Source of the DNA: Zancudomyces culisetae HAW-14-8
Lineage: Eukaryota > Fungi > Kickxellomycota
Direction: 5' to 3'
Assembly (NCBI GenBank): GCA_052426225.1
Contig: JBNJNM010000009.1
Span: 372,001-436,000, forward strand
DNA: 64,000 nt
How positions within the stretch are numbered: the stretch's first letter is position 1; each line of letters begins with the position of its first letter. The notes beneath the pieces are model-generated. The model worked only from the letters and a program-made list of their open reading frames with translations. It ran no database searches and was not told where the DNA came from. The position numbers and the translations under genes are program-made. Of this stretch, positions 47,601-59,900 are shown in pieces.

Positions 47601-49049
47601 CTTCTTTCAAGTTACTTTGCTTTTATTTTATCTAGACGAACGTCTCTCTGTTTCGTATATCCTAAAAACAATAGAATTGTAGATTTTCTCTATCAACAAT
47701 TGTGCACTATATGCTCTCTTTATTCTATTACAAACTGGCTAATATATGATGTATGCTTTAATTCACCATACAATCCTTGTACTCAATACAATGTAGTATT
47801 TACGAGTTCATTCAAGAGTTTCTAACTATTTATGCTTTTATTCAACCCTCATTGCCAAACACCACACTTCACGCTATAACATTTGTGTTGGGTATTAATA
47901 TTGCAACAGTATATTTAATGCCGCATTTATAGATATATTGTATATGTGGTTGTTTGGAATTCGTAACCATTTTTCCAAAACAAAATACACAATAACGCAT
48001 ACAAAAGTAAGCAAAAAGAACTGCTATGGTTTGTATAGCTATCTATTAATAAACAATATGTTTGATGTGATAAACCATTTTTATTAGTTTGTGGTGTAAA
48101 TAGGTAAACAAATATGCATGTATTAGCCAACACAACCACAAAAACAGCACTTATCACCTTTTTGAACTTGAAGAATGATAACCAACTGACACACATACAC
48201 AAGGTAACTCGACATGAATATTCACATAATCAAAGCTAGTATTAACATTTTCAATAATGAGTAAATGACTCGGATGTTACTAAGCTGGAACAACAAACTA
48301 AAATTAGGTTTACAATAGCATACATGGACACACAAACTGAAGTCAACTGGAGTAAATAAACATTGAATGTCTGGGTCTATTCAACGTGTTTGTTAAACCA
48401 TGAAATACACAAACTAAAAATGACATGGTAAATAAAATGACATGGCCTCAAGTATCAGCATACTAATCTGCGTCATTCTGATTAAATGGTGTAATATCCC
48501 TCCCACCCTCCATTAACTGCTTAATATTAATTCAACTTCTAAATAGTGTAGTAAAAAAAAAGGTTGCTTTATGACCACAAGGGTTAACTATAATTATATA
48601 ATATATCATTCTTGATTTCAAATATAAGCTAAGTCAATAGATCGAAAAGAATAAATATGGATTTTTACAAATAAGTAAAGCCACCAGCAGAGTGGAAAGA
48701 GAGAAAATGAGCACAAAGTCGCAAAAGTAACTTATTGTTCACATTATATTCAACAAATAATTTACCCCCTCTTTTTTTTGAAAGTATAGTGATAATGAAT
48801 ACACTCTACCTGTCCAAAGTGTTTAATCAAACAAGAAGGAATAGATATCTAAAATCGAATACTTGTTTAGGGATATCACACTCTTGTATCATTATGGTAT
48901 TCGTTTGATTTTAGTTACCCAATTACTCGAGTGTTTAATTATTGGGTTGTTGGTAGTAAATATATAAAAATTATGACATTTAAAAAATAATGGATAATGA
49001 ATAAAAATGATAGTTAAGTATACAAGGAGGAGGTAACAAAAAAGAAAGA

Positions 49050-50039
49050 CTATACAGACATGTTCATTGAAATTTTCGGATGAGGATTATAATTTTCAAG
49101 AGTGAAATCTTCAAATTGGAAATCCTCAATATTGGTAACAGTTCTATTGATACGAAGAGTTGGGAAAGGATTTGGAATGCGCTCAAGCTGGATATTTAGA
49201 GCATCTACATGGTCCAAATACACATGAGCATCACCCATACAATAAATCAATTTTCCAGGCTTAAGGTTGGTTACATGAGCAATCATAATAGTCAATAGGG
49301 CGTAAGAGGCAATGTTAAAAGGAACGCCTAGGCCTGTATCACATGAGCGCTGATAAAACTGGCAAGAGAGAGCGGCTTTCTCTGGATCATCAGGGTTGGA
49401 TACATAGAACTGAGCAAACATATGGCATGGAGGTAGTGCCATAATATGCAAATCGGCAGGGTTCCAGGCTGACAGGATTAGTCGGCGATCGTACGGGTTG
49501 GATCTGATCTTGTTGATAATGTGCGCAAGTTGATCATATCCCATTCCTGAATAATTCGCATCACAACTGGTGTAAGGAGCACCAAAATGACGCCATTGGA
49601 AACCATATACAGGTCCCAGATCATTCTCTCTCCGATCGTGCAATCCGATACTGTCAAGATATTCACGTGAACCGTTACCGTCCCAAATACGTACACCCTT
49701 CTTTTGGAGAATAGTGGCGTCAGTCTGGCCACGGATAAAGAACAGCAATTCTTCAACTATTGCGCGGAAAAAGACCCGTTTTGTTGTCAACAAAGGAAGT
49801 GAAATACACCCAGTATCGCTGTTGGAGAGATCGAAGCGTAGTTGCTGTGGTGCAAAGATCGAGATTGTTCCAGTGTTTGTCCGATCGATTCGCTTTTCGC
49901 CATGTTGTAGGATTTGACGGATAAGGTCTAGATATTGGTTTTCCTCATTGTTGACGGGTGTGGTAGATTCAGAAACTTTCAAAGCAGTGGTGGTGGGTGG
50001 CAATTCGGATGGAATTGGATCGTTTTGTGATTGTAACAT
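49050..50039 (-). CDS. CDC21: Thymidylate synthase
   Basis: Motifs [66 protein letters not shown] and GDAHVY. Confidence 0.97.
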   Translation of the reverse strand: MLQSQNDPIPSELPPTTTALKVSESTTPVNNEENQYLDLIRQILQHGEKRIDRTNTGTISIFAPQQLRFDLSNSDTGCISLPLLTTKRVFFRAIVEELLFFIRGQTDATILQKKGVRIWDGNGSREYLDSIGLHDRRENDLGPVYGFQWRHFGAPYTSCDANYSGMGYDQLAHIINKIRSNPYDRRLILSAWNPADLHIMALPPCHMFAQFYVSNPDDPEKAALSCQFYQRSCDTGLGVPFNIASYALLTIMIAHVTNLKPGKLIYCMGDAHVYLDHVDALNIQLERIPNPFPTLRINRTVTNIEDFQFEDFTLENYNPHPKISMNMSV

Positions 50040-50738
50040 TTTGTTTATTTTCTAATTTTGACTAGTTTTTTCTGTTGCTGTTGTTATTGAATGTTATATA
50101 TTGTTGAAAGATATATATAATCTATACTAAAAAATATATATTTGAGAGGAACGAGGAGGGAAAGGAAAGAGATAATATTTTTTGATTCTTGCATTTCGGC
50201 AAATAGGATGGTAGAATTGGAATAACATGTGTACTTTTTATTGTTCTGGCTGAAAAGAAATGAAATTGATTGGAACAATTAAAATAAACAAGGATGGCGA
50301 ATAGATGAAGAGTGAGATGATGAAAATAAGAAAATAGGAAAATAAAATGGGTAAATCAGCGAGTAAAAGATAAACAAAACAAAAAAAACTAAAGTGATTT
50401 AACAAGTAAAAAGAAGGAGTGTAGGAGAAAAAGGATAGAGGTAAACAGGTTGGAAATATTATGGTTTTTGTTTTTATTATTTATTGATGTTGGTTGATGT
50501 AAAAGAGAAAAAGTGCGATATATTTGTTTACAAATTTAGAATTGAAAAACTAGTTTTTTAACAGATAAAACAAACAAACAAACAAACAAACAAATATAAT
50601 AAAATAAATATACACTGAAAGGAACAGACAGAATACAATAATAATAGCAATATAATAGTAGTAGTAGTAGTTGAGCGATAAAAATAATTAACAAGACTTG
50701 TAAAAATATAAACAAAAACAGAGATAGAATAGAATAAT

Positions 50739-52982
50739 ATGAGTACAGAGGGTTGGGATAAAGGAGAGACATATGTTAGAAACATATTTGAAGGGAAGCC
50801 AGAAAACAGGGTGAAAAGCAACAATATCCAAGAACTGTATGATTTTATTGAGAATTTTAGGGATGAAAATGTGTTTATATACAAAGAGCAACTGAGAAGC
50901 AACTTGGGGGTTGGGAAGGGGATGTTGAGAGTAGATTTACAGGATGTGGCGAGATATGATGGAAACCTGGCACAAAAGATAGTAAATGAGCCGACAGAGA
51001 TGTTGGGGTTGTTTGAAGAGGCAGCCAAGTACAGTGCCAGAAATATGGCTATAGGAGGAGTAGAAGTAGAGGGAGGACATGGTGAAGGAGAGGAAAATGG
51101 GTACTTGCAAGGTCAAGGACAGGGACAGGGACAGGGACAGGGACAAGGCAGCAGAGCTGGAAAGATTCAAGTTATACTAGATTCTAAGGCTAATGAGATG
51201 AAGATACGGGATCTGAATGCAGGGTACATATCCAAGCTGATTAGTGTGGCAGGAATAGTAATTGGAACATCAACGCTTACATCTAAGGCCAGAAAAGTGT
51301 ATTTGCAATGCAAGCACTGCAAGCATGTAAGAATTGAAAGTGTTGGGGGAGGATACAGCGGAGTGTTGATACCTCGCAACTGTGAAAAGCCACAGACACA
51401 GGATGCAGAGAGGTGTGGACTTGATCCATACGAAATAATAGCAGACAAGAGTGAGTTTATTGATCAACAAACGCTGAAGCTGCAGGAACTGCCAGATAAC
51501 ATACCAGTGGGAGAATTGCCCCGACACCTGGTGATGAGTAGTGAAGAGTACTTGGTGAACCGGGTGTACCCAGGAGCACGAGTGCGGATAACGGGAGTAT
51601 TCTCGGTGTACCAAAGCAAGCGAACAGGAAAAGGTGGTGGAGGAGCAGTGGCAATTCGTAATCCATATGTAAGAGTAGTTGGGATGGAGGTTCTAAAATC
51701 CGGGAATAGTAAGACGGCAGCGGCATTCTCGCAGCAAGAGGAGAATGAAATAATAGAGCTGTCGCGAAGACCAGATATATACCAGATGTTTACGAGCAGC
51801 ATTGCACCCTCGATCTATGGAAACGTAGATGTGAAGAAAGCGATAGCATGTTTGCTATTTGGGGGATCAAAGAAAGTGTTACCAGATGGGATGCGACTTC
51901 GAGGAGACATCAACGTATTGCTGCTGGGTGACCCGGGAACAGCCAAGAGTCAGCTGTTAAAGTTTACAGAAAAGGTGGCGCCAATATCAATCTACACAAG
52001 TGGAAAGGGTAGTAGTGCGGCGGGATTAACAGCTTCGGTGATCCGCGACCCGAGCACGCGCGAGTTGTACCTGGAAGGCGGAGCAATGGTGCTTGCAGAC
52101 GGCGGGGTGGTGTGTATTGATGAGTTTGACAAGATGCGCGATGAGGACCGAGTAGCAATCCACGAAGCAATGGAGCAGCAAACAATTTCGATAGCCAAGG
52201 CCGGAATTACATCGGTGTTGAATTCGCGGACATCAGTGTTGGCAGCAGCCAATCCAGTGTTTGGTAGATACGATGAGACCAAAGCAGCTGGAGACAATAT
52301 TGATTTTCAAACAACGATTTTGTCGCGTTTTGATTGTATCTTTGTGTTAAAAGACCAACACGATGAGGCCTACGACCGCACCATTGCGCGCCATGTGATT
52401 GATGTCCATACCGACAACGTTGCCAAGATTGATGCCGACATGGATCTTGGGCTGATGACGCGATACCTGGCATACTGTCGTGCAAAATGTGCGCCACGTC
52501 TGTCGCCACAAGCTGCTGAGCGGCTGGCCAGTTTCTATGTATCGATGCGTAGCCAGTTGGCGCAGTACGAGCGGGATACAGCGGAGCGGTCTTCGATTCC
52601 CATTACAGTGCGCCAGCTGGAAGCTATAGTGCGATTGTCTGAGGCACTAGCCAAAATGTCATTAACACCGGTTGCGGGGCTAGATCATGTTGAAGAGGCT
52701 ATTCGGTTGTTCCGGGTATCTACGATCCAAGCAGCACAGAATTCGACCAATGTGGATGGCGTTTCGCGAACCGAGTTTGTTGGGCAGCTACGCAAAATCG
52801 AAACGGAAATCCGGCGGCGTTTGCCAGTGGGCTCAACGGTTGCAGTGCGGTTGTTGAAGGGTGAGTTTGTTAAGCAAGGATTTTCGATTCGGGCAATTGA
52901 CCATGCGATTTATGCAATGGTTAGACAGGATACTCTGCAATATAAAAACCAACGCTTCTCTATTCAACGTGTTGGTGCTTGA
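50739..52982 (+). CDS. MCM5: DNA replication licensing factor MCM5
   Basis: Motifs MSTEGWD, VPVGE-type IPVGELPRH, LFGGSKKVLPDGMRLRGDINVLLLGDPGTAKSQLLK, IDEFDKMRDEDRVAIHEAMEQQTIS and IPITVRQLEAIVR. Confidence 0.96.
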   Translation: MSTEGWDKGETYVRNIFEGKPENRVKSNNIQELYDFIENFRDENVFIYKEQLRSNLGVGKGMLRVDLQDVARYDGNLAQKIVNEPTEMLGLFEEAAKYSARNMAIGGVEVEGGHGEGEENGYLQGQGQGQGQGQGQGSRAGKIQVILDSKANEMKIRDLNAGYISKLISVAGIVIGTSTLTSKARKVYLQCKHCKHVRIESVGGGYSGVLIPRNCEKPQTQDAERCGLDPYEIIADKSEFIDQQTLKLQELPDNIPVGELPRHLVMSSEEYLVNRVYPGARVRITGVFSVYQSKRTGKGGGGAVAIRNPYVRVVGMEVLKSGNSKTAAAFSQQEENEIIELSRRPDIYQMFTSSIAPSIYGNVDVKKAIACLLFGGSKKVLPDGMRLRGDINVLLLGDPGTAKSQLLKFTEKVAPISIYTSGKGSSAAGLTASVIRDPSTRELYLEGGAMVLADGGVVCIDEFDKMRDEDRVAIHEAMEQQTISIAKAGITSVLNSRTSVLAAANPVFGRYDETKAAGDNIDFQTTILSRFDCIFVLKDQHDEAYDRTIARHVIDVHTDNVAKIDADMDLGLMTRYLAYCRAKCAPRLSPQAAERLASFYVSMRSQLAQYERDTAERSSIPITVRQLEAIVRLSEALAKMSLTPVAGLDHVEEAIRLFRVSTIQAAQNSTNVDGVSRTEFVGQLRKIETEIRRRLPVGSTVAVRLLKGEFVKQGFSIRAIDHAIYAMVRQDTLQYKNQRFSIQRVGA

Positions 52983-53099
52983 GCTTTTCTTTTCTTTTGT
53001 TTTTGTTTTTGTTTTTTTTCAGTCATTTGTTTTAATATTTGTTTATTTATATATCAATATAAAAATAGTAGTAAGAATAATAGTAATATAAATTATGGA

Positions 53100-55328
53100 T
53101 TATAACCAAGATTGCCAACCTACAAACATTCTACATAATCTTGCAGGATCAGTTGCTTCCATAAGCAATTCGTTGACATGACAATCGAGTTGAATGTTGG
53201 AGTTGGACAATTTGTTTGAAATCTCCAAAATTACACGTTCAGCATCAGAATTAATCGTATTAAAAACTAGGCTGTCTTCCACCAAATTCTCGGCGTTATT
53301 ATTGGCATTACCACGTGATGATAGAGAATTAGTGGTTGGAGCATAGATGGAAAGAAGAGCGTTGTATTGCTTGTTGAATGTGACTTTGAAGGAGTCGGAC
53401 CAGTTGTACAACGGGTCCAGTCGTAATACATTGAGGATAGTGATGATGAGGGGCTTTATGGAGGTGAGAAGTGATAGGGATGAAGAGCAGTGGGAAGCAA
53501 AGGGACTATTACAAAGTTGAGTTTCCATGGCATGTTCATCATTATAATTATCCAATTCATCATCATTATTATTATTGTTGTTGTTGTTGTTGTTGTTGTT
53601 GGTGTTACCATATGATAAATATGAAGATGAAGATATTGATAAAATTCCCAAAGCATCAACCATATTTCTAGTTAATCGGAACGGAACCAATTCAGGGACA
53701 GGCAAGAGTTTTCCATACCCAAAGGCAATACCCAAATCAATCATGACCAATTCACACGATCCACAATCCAACAAAATGTTTTGGCAATGCCGGTCACCGA
53801 TTCCCAACATCCACCCCACCATGCTGCTTATTGCCAAGCTCTGGCTATATCTAGTTTGGTTGGTAATGTAATCTAGGCTGGTTTTTGCACTTGAAATTAT
53901 GAATTGTCGGAATTTTGGTGTAATAGACTTAGTCAAGTTTATAAATGTATTTTTTAACTCTTCATCTTTATTACTGCTCTTTGTTGTTGTTGCTGTAGTT
54001 GTTGTTGTTGTTGTTGTTGTTGTTGTATTTGAATTTGATTTTTGTTGGGCTTGAATCATTAATCTTCGATATTGTTGAATATCCTTCATATTATATAATT
54101 TTGTAGATAAATATGTTCCATAAGGAATAGTATTACCAACAAATTGTAACACTCCACATTGACTAGTTATGGGAATTACTATATAAGTACGGATTCGCAT
54201 TTGTCCTTTTCCTTTACCTTTACCTTTTCCTGTTGAACTGAAATTACTATTATTATTGCTGTTGCTGTTGCTGTCACTGTTTTGGTTAATTAAACTAAAT
54301 ACTTGCTCTATAACTGCATCTTGTCTAATATCATCCTTTCCTTTAACCACTTGTTTATGTATAATTCCATCACTTCCCAAAATACTAATTATTTTTGGTA
54401 AGTTTATTCCACCTGCCAATTCATAATGTTGATATATTTGTTCTATATACACTATCCCTCCTCCTTCTCCTCCACCACTAGTGTTGTTATAGTGTGTATT
54501 TTGTACAACATTATCAAAGAAATACGGATTGTTTTCGGTAATAATGGGAATCTTAGTCCTTAGAACTCCTTCTGGTTTTCCCATGTTGGCTATTCGGTTG
54601 ATTTTCCAATTACTTGGAAACTTGATTTTGTCGGTTGTTGATGTACTTGATGGTTTGGAATTCGACATTTCAATATACGAGGATATTAACAAGTCGAAAT
54701 TGCTAATCATGTCATGATATTCCGAACCTCCAAAACCAGAATTCCCGTCATTCTTAATATTAGCATTGGTATTGGTATTTGTATTTGTATTTGTGTTGCC
54801 ACTTGATGAGTAATAAACACGTTGTAATTTATCTAGCAAAATACTTGCTACGCATTCACTCCCATTCCCATTACTATTACTACTACTATTCCCATTACTA
54901 TTACTACTATTACTTTTGTTAGTAAAAGTTTTCTGTTTAAGCGATATTTCGTTTGTGGTATTTCTCAATTTAATGGAGAAAATGGTAGATAAAGTTAAAT
55001 GGGGCAGTTTGGTACAAACTTTATAAACCAATCGAAAGAGTAATTCCAAAAACCGATTACTATTACTCTTATTTTTATCTTTTACATGATTTGGATTTGG
55101 GTTTGGGTTTGGATTTGGGTTTGGATTAGAATAGGTATCTTGGTAAAGAACATTTAATTTGGCACACAATTGAGTAAATACAACTAACCATTTATGACTT
55201 TTTATTCGAGAGTGTAAACCGACTCTTTCCCAAATTCCATCGATTTTATTATTGATTCCTCCAAAAGTCAAGAGTAATTTTGTAATTACAATAATTGCAT
55301 AACTATCACTTGCAACTCGATTATTATT

Positions 55329-55369
<41 letters not shown>

Positions 55370-56902
55370 GAATTAGGTACCTTGCAAAGTACCATAGACT
55401 GCTTGTTAGGTAATAATCCAAATCCTTGGTTTTATCAGCTAGTAGGTTTTCATCCATACTGATTTGTTGTCGTAATTTATCAATTCGTCTCTTTAAATTA
55501 GCAGCCTTAGCAGCAATGACCTTACTACTAACATTAGCATCATTTTTCCCACCAATATTACTGGGATTGATATTGATATTGACAGTAATAGATGATAGCT
55601 CAGCAATTAACCCTTCCATTTCTCGTTTCTTTTCCTTTAAGACCAAATCCAAAATCTTGTTGTTTTCGGTAATATCTCGTGATATTAACTCGAGTTGTGA
55701 ATCTGCATATTTTGCCAGCGAAAACATTATATCCACAACCATGTTATTATCCTCACCACCACTATTACTACTGGCTGTATCTAGTAATTGGATCGCATTG
55801 CTATAATATGCCTTAATAATCTCTTTGGGCCTTGCTTGTCGTTGATTTGCTAACCATTCAGATGCCAGATAGTACATTTCAGCCATTTGTTTTACATTTA
55901 CATTTACATTTACATTTAAATTTGCATTTGCATTGTTGTTGTTGCTGTTGTTGTTGTTTTTATTTTTATTAAGAATTAAAAGTTGTTCTTTCGAGGTATT
56001 AATGTTGGATAATATCATGGATAATGCCATTTCATGTTTACCACCCATATACAAACATTTGGCCTGTAATGTCTTGACCATAGTGCAATCCAATTGGACT
56101 TTTGACGTCAGCCGGTTTATAGTTTTCATGGCAGTAGTACTAAAATAAAGATATTCATTGCCAATTCCACCAAATGAAGAATTCCCCCTTTTATTCAAGT
56201 AGCCGCCACTATAATTCCCATCAAAATTATTACTATTAGTATTAGTATTAGTATTAGTATTGGTATTATTATCAAAATAGGAATTGTTGGCAATATTGTT
56301 GTTGATTATCAATAGCGATGCAGTTTTATATCCCTCGACTATTCGAGGATGTTTTGGATATTTGTTGATCAGAATTTCCCATAATATTAGGTTGAATTCG
56401 TAATTGTAGTTTTTGACATCCACATTCACTTTTCCGGCACCGGCACCGGCACCGACACCGACACCGACACCGACACCATTATTATTGAATGACGAGGATG
56501 AACATGATTTTAAAAATTGTTGGATTTCTAATAAATCATCTATAAACCGTTCGGTTAAAAACATTGGTTTGTAGGTAGTTAGAATATATCCAAACATACT
56601 TGTAATATCTGCGACCACTTTACTATCTTTGGTATTGTTACTGTTACTGTTATTGCTATTGCTATTGCTATTGTTGTTATTATTTGCTCCACCATAAACA
56701 TAGCCATAGCCATAGCCATAGCCATAGCCATTATTGCGTTTATTTTTGCTTAGTGTTTTGTTTAGGTTGAGTAATTCAATGTTGGAAAATGCAATATTTC
56801 TGTTCCAGTAATTTAATAATGAATAAATTACTTTATTCTTGTCGAAATATTGTTGATTAGAAATATTTTGAGGCGTGAGTAATAGTTGAAATGTTGGTAG
56901 TA

Positions 56903-56946
<44 letters not shown>

Positions 56947-59900
56947 TCAGCCAGAACTGGTTTTGGATCTGATAGTGGAATTGAAGTTCTAGCTAATAAA
57001 ACGGGATTATGGTAGATCGGTAATGAATCCCAATTAGATAACCGCCAAGCACTAGCATAATCATAGTCGATACTATAATTTTTTACTTGAATTTCTTTTT
57101 GAGAGTTAGTAGAAATAGGCCTGGAAACACCATGGTCATGATAACTATTGTTGTTGTAAAGATTGCCAAAAGTACTTGTCGGATCAGTTGCAAAATCCAT
57201 GGAATTTTGTTGTTCCAAGGTCAGCAATAGTTCAAAGTATTGGCGATCAACCATGTTTGAAGAATGCCCAAGTTTGTAGTATACATCGCTAATGTTATTT
57301 GTTGGAATCAGCGAATCGACCAAATCAAAATCATGGATATGCCTCAATTCCTCACTACTCACTATAAACGAGTTGATTATGGCTTGTTGCCTTCCATGAT
57401 GGCTATAGTCTTGAGTTGTTGAGATCAAGTTGTGGTAGGAATATGGTATAATTTCGACAACTTGGTTATTATTATTATTATTATCGGTATTTCTTTTTTG
57501 ACTCCTAGTAGTATTACCACTACTACTCTGTTGCGTTGCATTGCTATCCAAATCAAATTTATAAAACATAAGGTTGCCAAACATAAAACTAGCAGTATAC
57601 AATCCCAACTTTTCACTCATAACCACCAAGTTTTGGTAATCCAACGGTAATATAATTGGTTCATTATTTGAACTTGTTTGTGATTTTTCAATCATTTCAA
57701 AGACCATTTTTTCCAATCCCAAAATCACCAATTTACAAGATTCTTCATCCAAAAATATTCTGTATTCGTTACTAAATGTTCTTTTGTCTTTGGTAATACT
57801 CGTTTCGTTATTGATTGTTGATTGTGGGTTTATAGGTGTTGAATTTAGAGAAAATGAAATTAAATTGCACAACTTGTAACCATATTCTTTTACAGTCTTG
57901 TAATATTCCCGTATATTACTATCATTAGTATTAGTATTAGCATTAGTATTATTGTTGGCCAGTGGATTAATAAACAGTCTACTCAACATATCTCTATGGT
58001 AGAGATTGATTAGAGTTGGATTTAGTTGTAGTATAAACTGTTTAAAAAGTTCCAGGACCTTTTTCTCTCTCAGTACCAATGACGAACTTGGTACTGATAC
58101 CGAAATGCTTTGAATAAGCGTTTCTAATAAAACCAGTCCAAGGATATTTTTATTATTAATTTTGAATGAAATCCTGGAATCACTAGTATTAGTATTAGTA
58201 CTAGTATTAGTACTGATGCGGTTGTTGTTATTAATGTTATTAATGTTATTATTGCTGTTGTAATTAAATTGTGACAATATTTGGTCATCCAATAACCCGT
58301 ATAATTCTAAATTATTTGTCCTTTGGGTAGTCGGGGTATAGGTGGAGGTTAAAATAGTAGATTTGAAGAGTTTAACTGTATCTTGTTTGCTACCCTGACT
58401 TGGTCCATGTTGTTTATCAAATGCGTTAATAGTTGGGTTTGAGTTTGAGTTTGAGTTTGATTTTGAGTTTGATTTTGAGTTTGATTTGATTGGTTTTTGA
58501 ATGTTTAGAATTTGGATTAGAAACTGCAAAATAATAGTAAAATCATTAGAATTCCAAATAATTTCACTTTCTTTAAACACTTCTCCTCCACTAACATTGT
58601 TATTATTACAGCCAGCTTGATTGTCTGCAACTATTACCAAGTGGTAAACAAGTAGCTCAAACAACTCGATGGGATTGTCAATAGACAAATCCAAAAATCC
58701 AATATCATTTAGCTGGCACCCTTTATCTCCATACCCACTGTGGTTGTAAACAGACTCTGGTATATTATTATTATTATTATTGGTATTACAGAGTTTAGAC
58801 TTCAAGACTACCAAGTTTTTCAATGTATAAAGCTTGCTCTCGAGAATGTTGGTTTTACTATATCCACCCATTCTGCTACTCACACTCATCAGTGCACAGG
58901 TGTTTGAGTTATTTGTCATTAAGTAAGTCTTTAAGGCCAATAGTTTTATTAAATATTCGAGTCTGTTGTATATCAAATCATAAAATATCTGGTTGCCAAC
59001 TGTATTAGCATTGTTACTGTTATTGATATTGGTATTGTTATTGTTATTGTTATTGTAGATGAATTTGTGGATTTGTTCAATAATGTAGATCGAGTAGTTT
59101 GGATAATTCAAATTCACACTGTCCAACAACCTAACTAAAAAGGCTGTATCAATGTCGTTTATATCAATTGTATCAAATGCGAATAAAAAGCTCTGGCTAT
59201 TCAACAAATCATACAAATAATCATTTTCACTTTTATTTTCATGTTGGCAGTAGTAATAAGTTTCGTAAATCACAGAGTTTATCAAGTCTGTAAACTTGGT
59301 TTCAAAGGGATGATTTTCCATATATAAAAGCAGATACTTTATCAAATTGAGCCCATTCAAATCTCCATTTTTCTTTTCTTCTTGCTTCATTTCATGCTCA
59401 GAAATATTGTGTGCTTGGTTGGTTTTAACGTTCTTGTATACTGTCAATGCTAGCAACATTAGATAAAACATCACAAATTCATCACATTTTCCATTATCCA
59501 GAGTAAAAACGAACGCTAGAATACTCAGTATTTTGCTCGCTTGGTCCAATTTCCCTCTTTCAACATACCCCCTGTGCACTTCACATAGGTAAAACAATTG
59601 GTTACTATTGATAATATTGAAGAGATTGTTGAAAATATCATTTAAATGTTCAATTTCCATCTCATCACGATCGAGACCAAACAAAGTTGTTACAATATCC
59701 AGAGTAAAGTCCTTGGCGATATTAATGTCCTTTTTCTTGTCACTATTATAATATTGATCAATTTTACTAATGTATTTGTTGCAATCAAAATGTACAGATA
59801 CTTTTTCAATCAGTTTTAACCATACTGGATGACTATACTTTTGCAACAAGCCGTTAAACTCCCTGTCGCTATTGACATTATCAAGAATAGCTGTGTTGAA

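Larger units (their letters stand above)
35425..48520. repeat. Head-to-tail array of three ~3.6-kb units (approx. 35425-39020, 39021-44840 incl. ~2.4-kb insertion, 44841-48520)
   Basis: The same long non-coding blocks recur, e.g. CTGTTTTAATT..TTGTCATA at ~35444/39047/44865 and GCTTGAAGCTCGATATACTACTACT at ~35918/39518/45338. Similarity ends on the right at about the point where it begins on the left. Confidence 0.95.

Noticed and set aside
35425-48520. CRISPR-like or LTR interpretation of the long repeats
   Set aside because: No short repeat-spacer periodicity and no gag/pol; the units are kb-scale gene-bearing tandem duplications.
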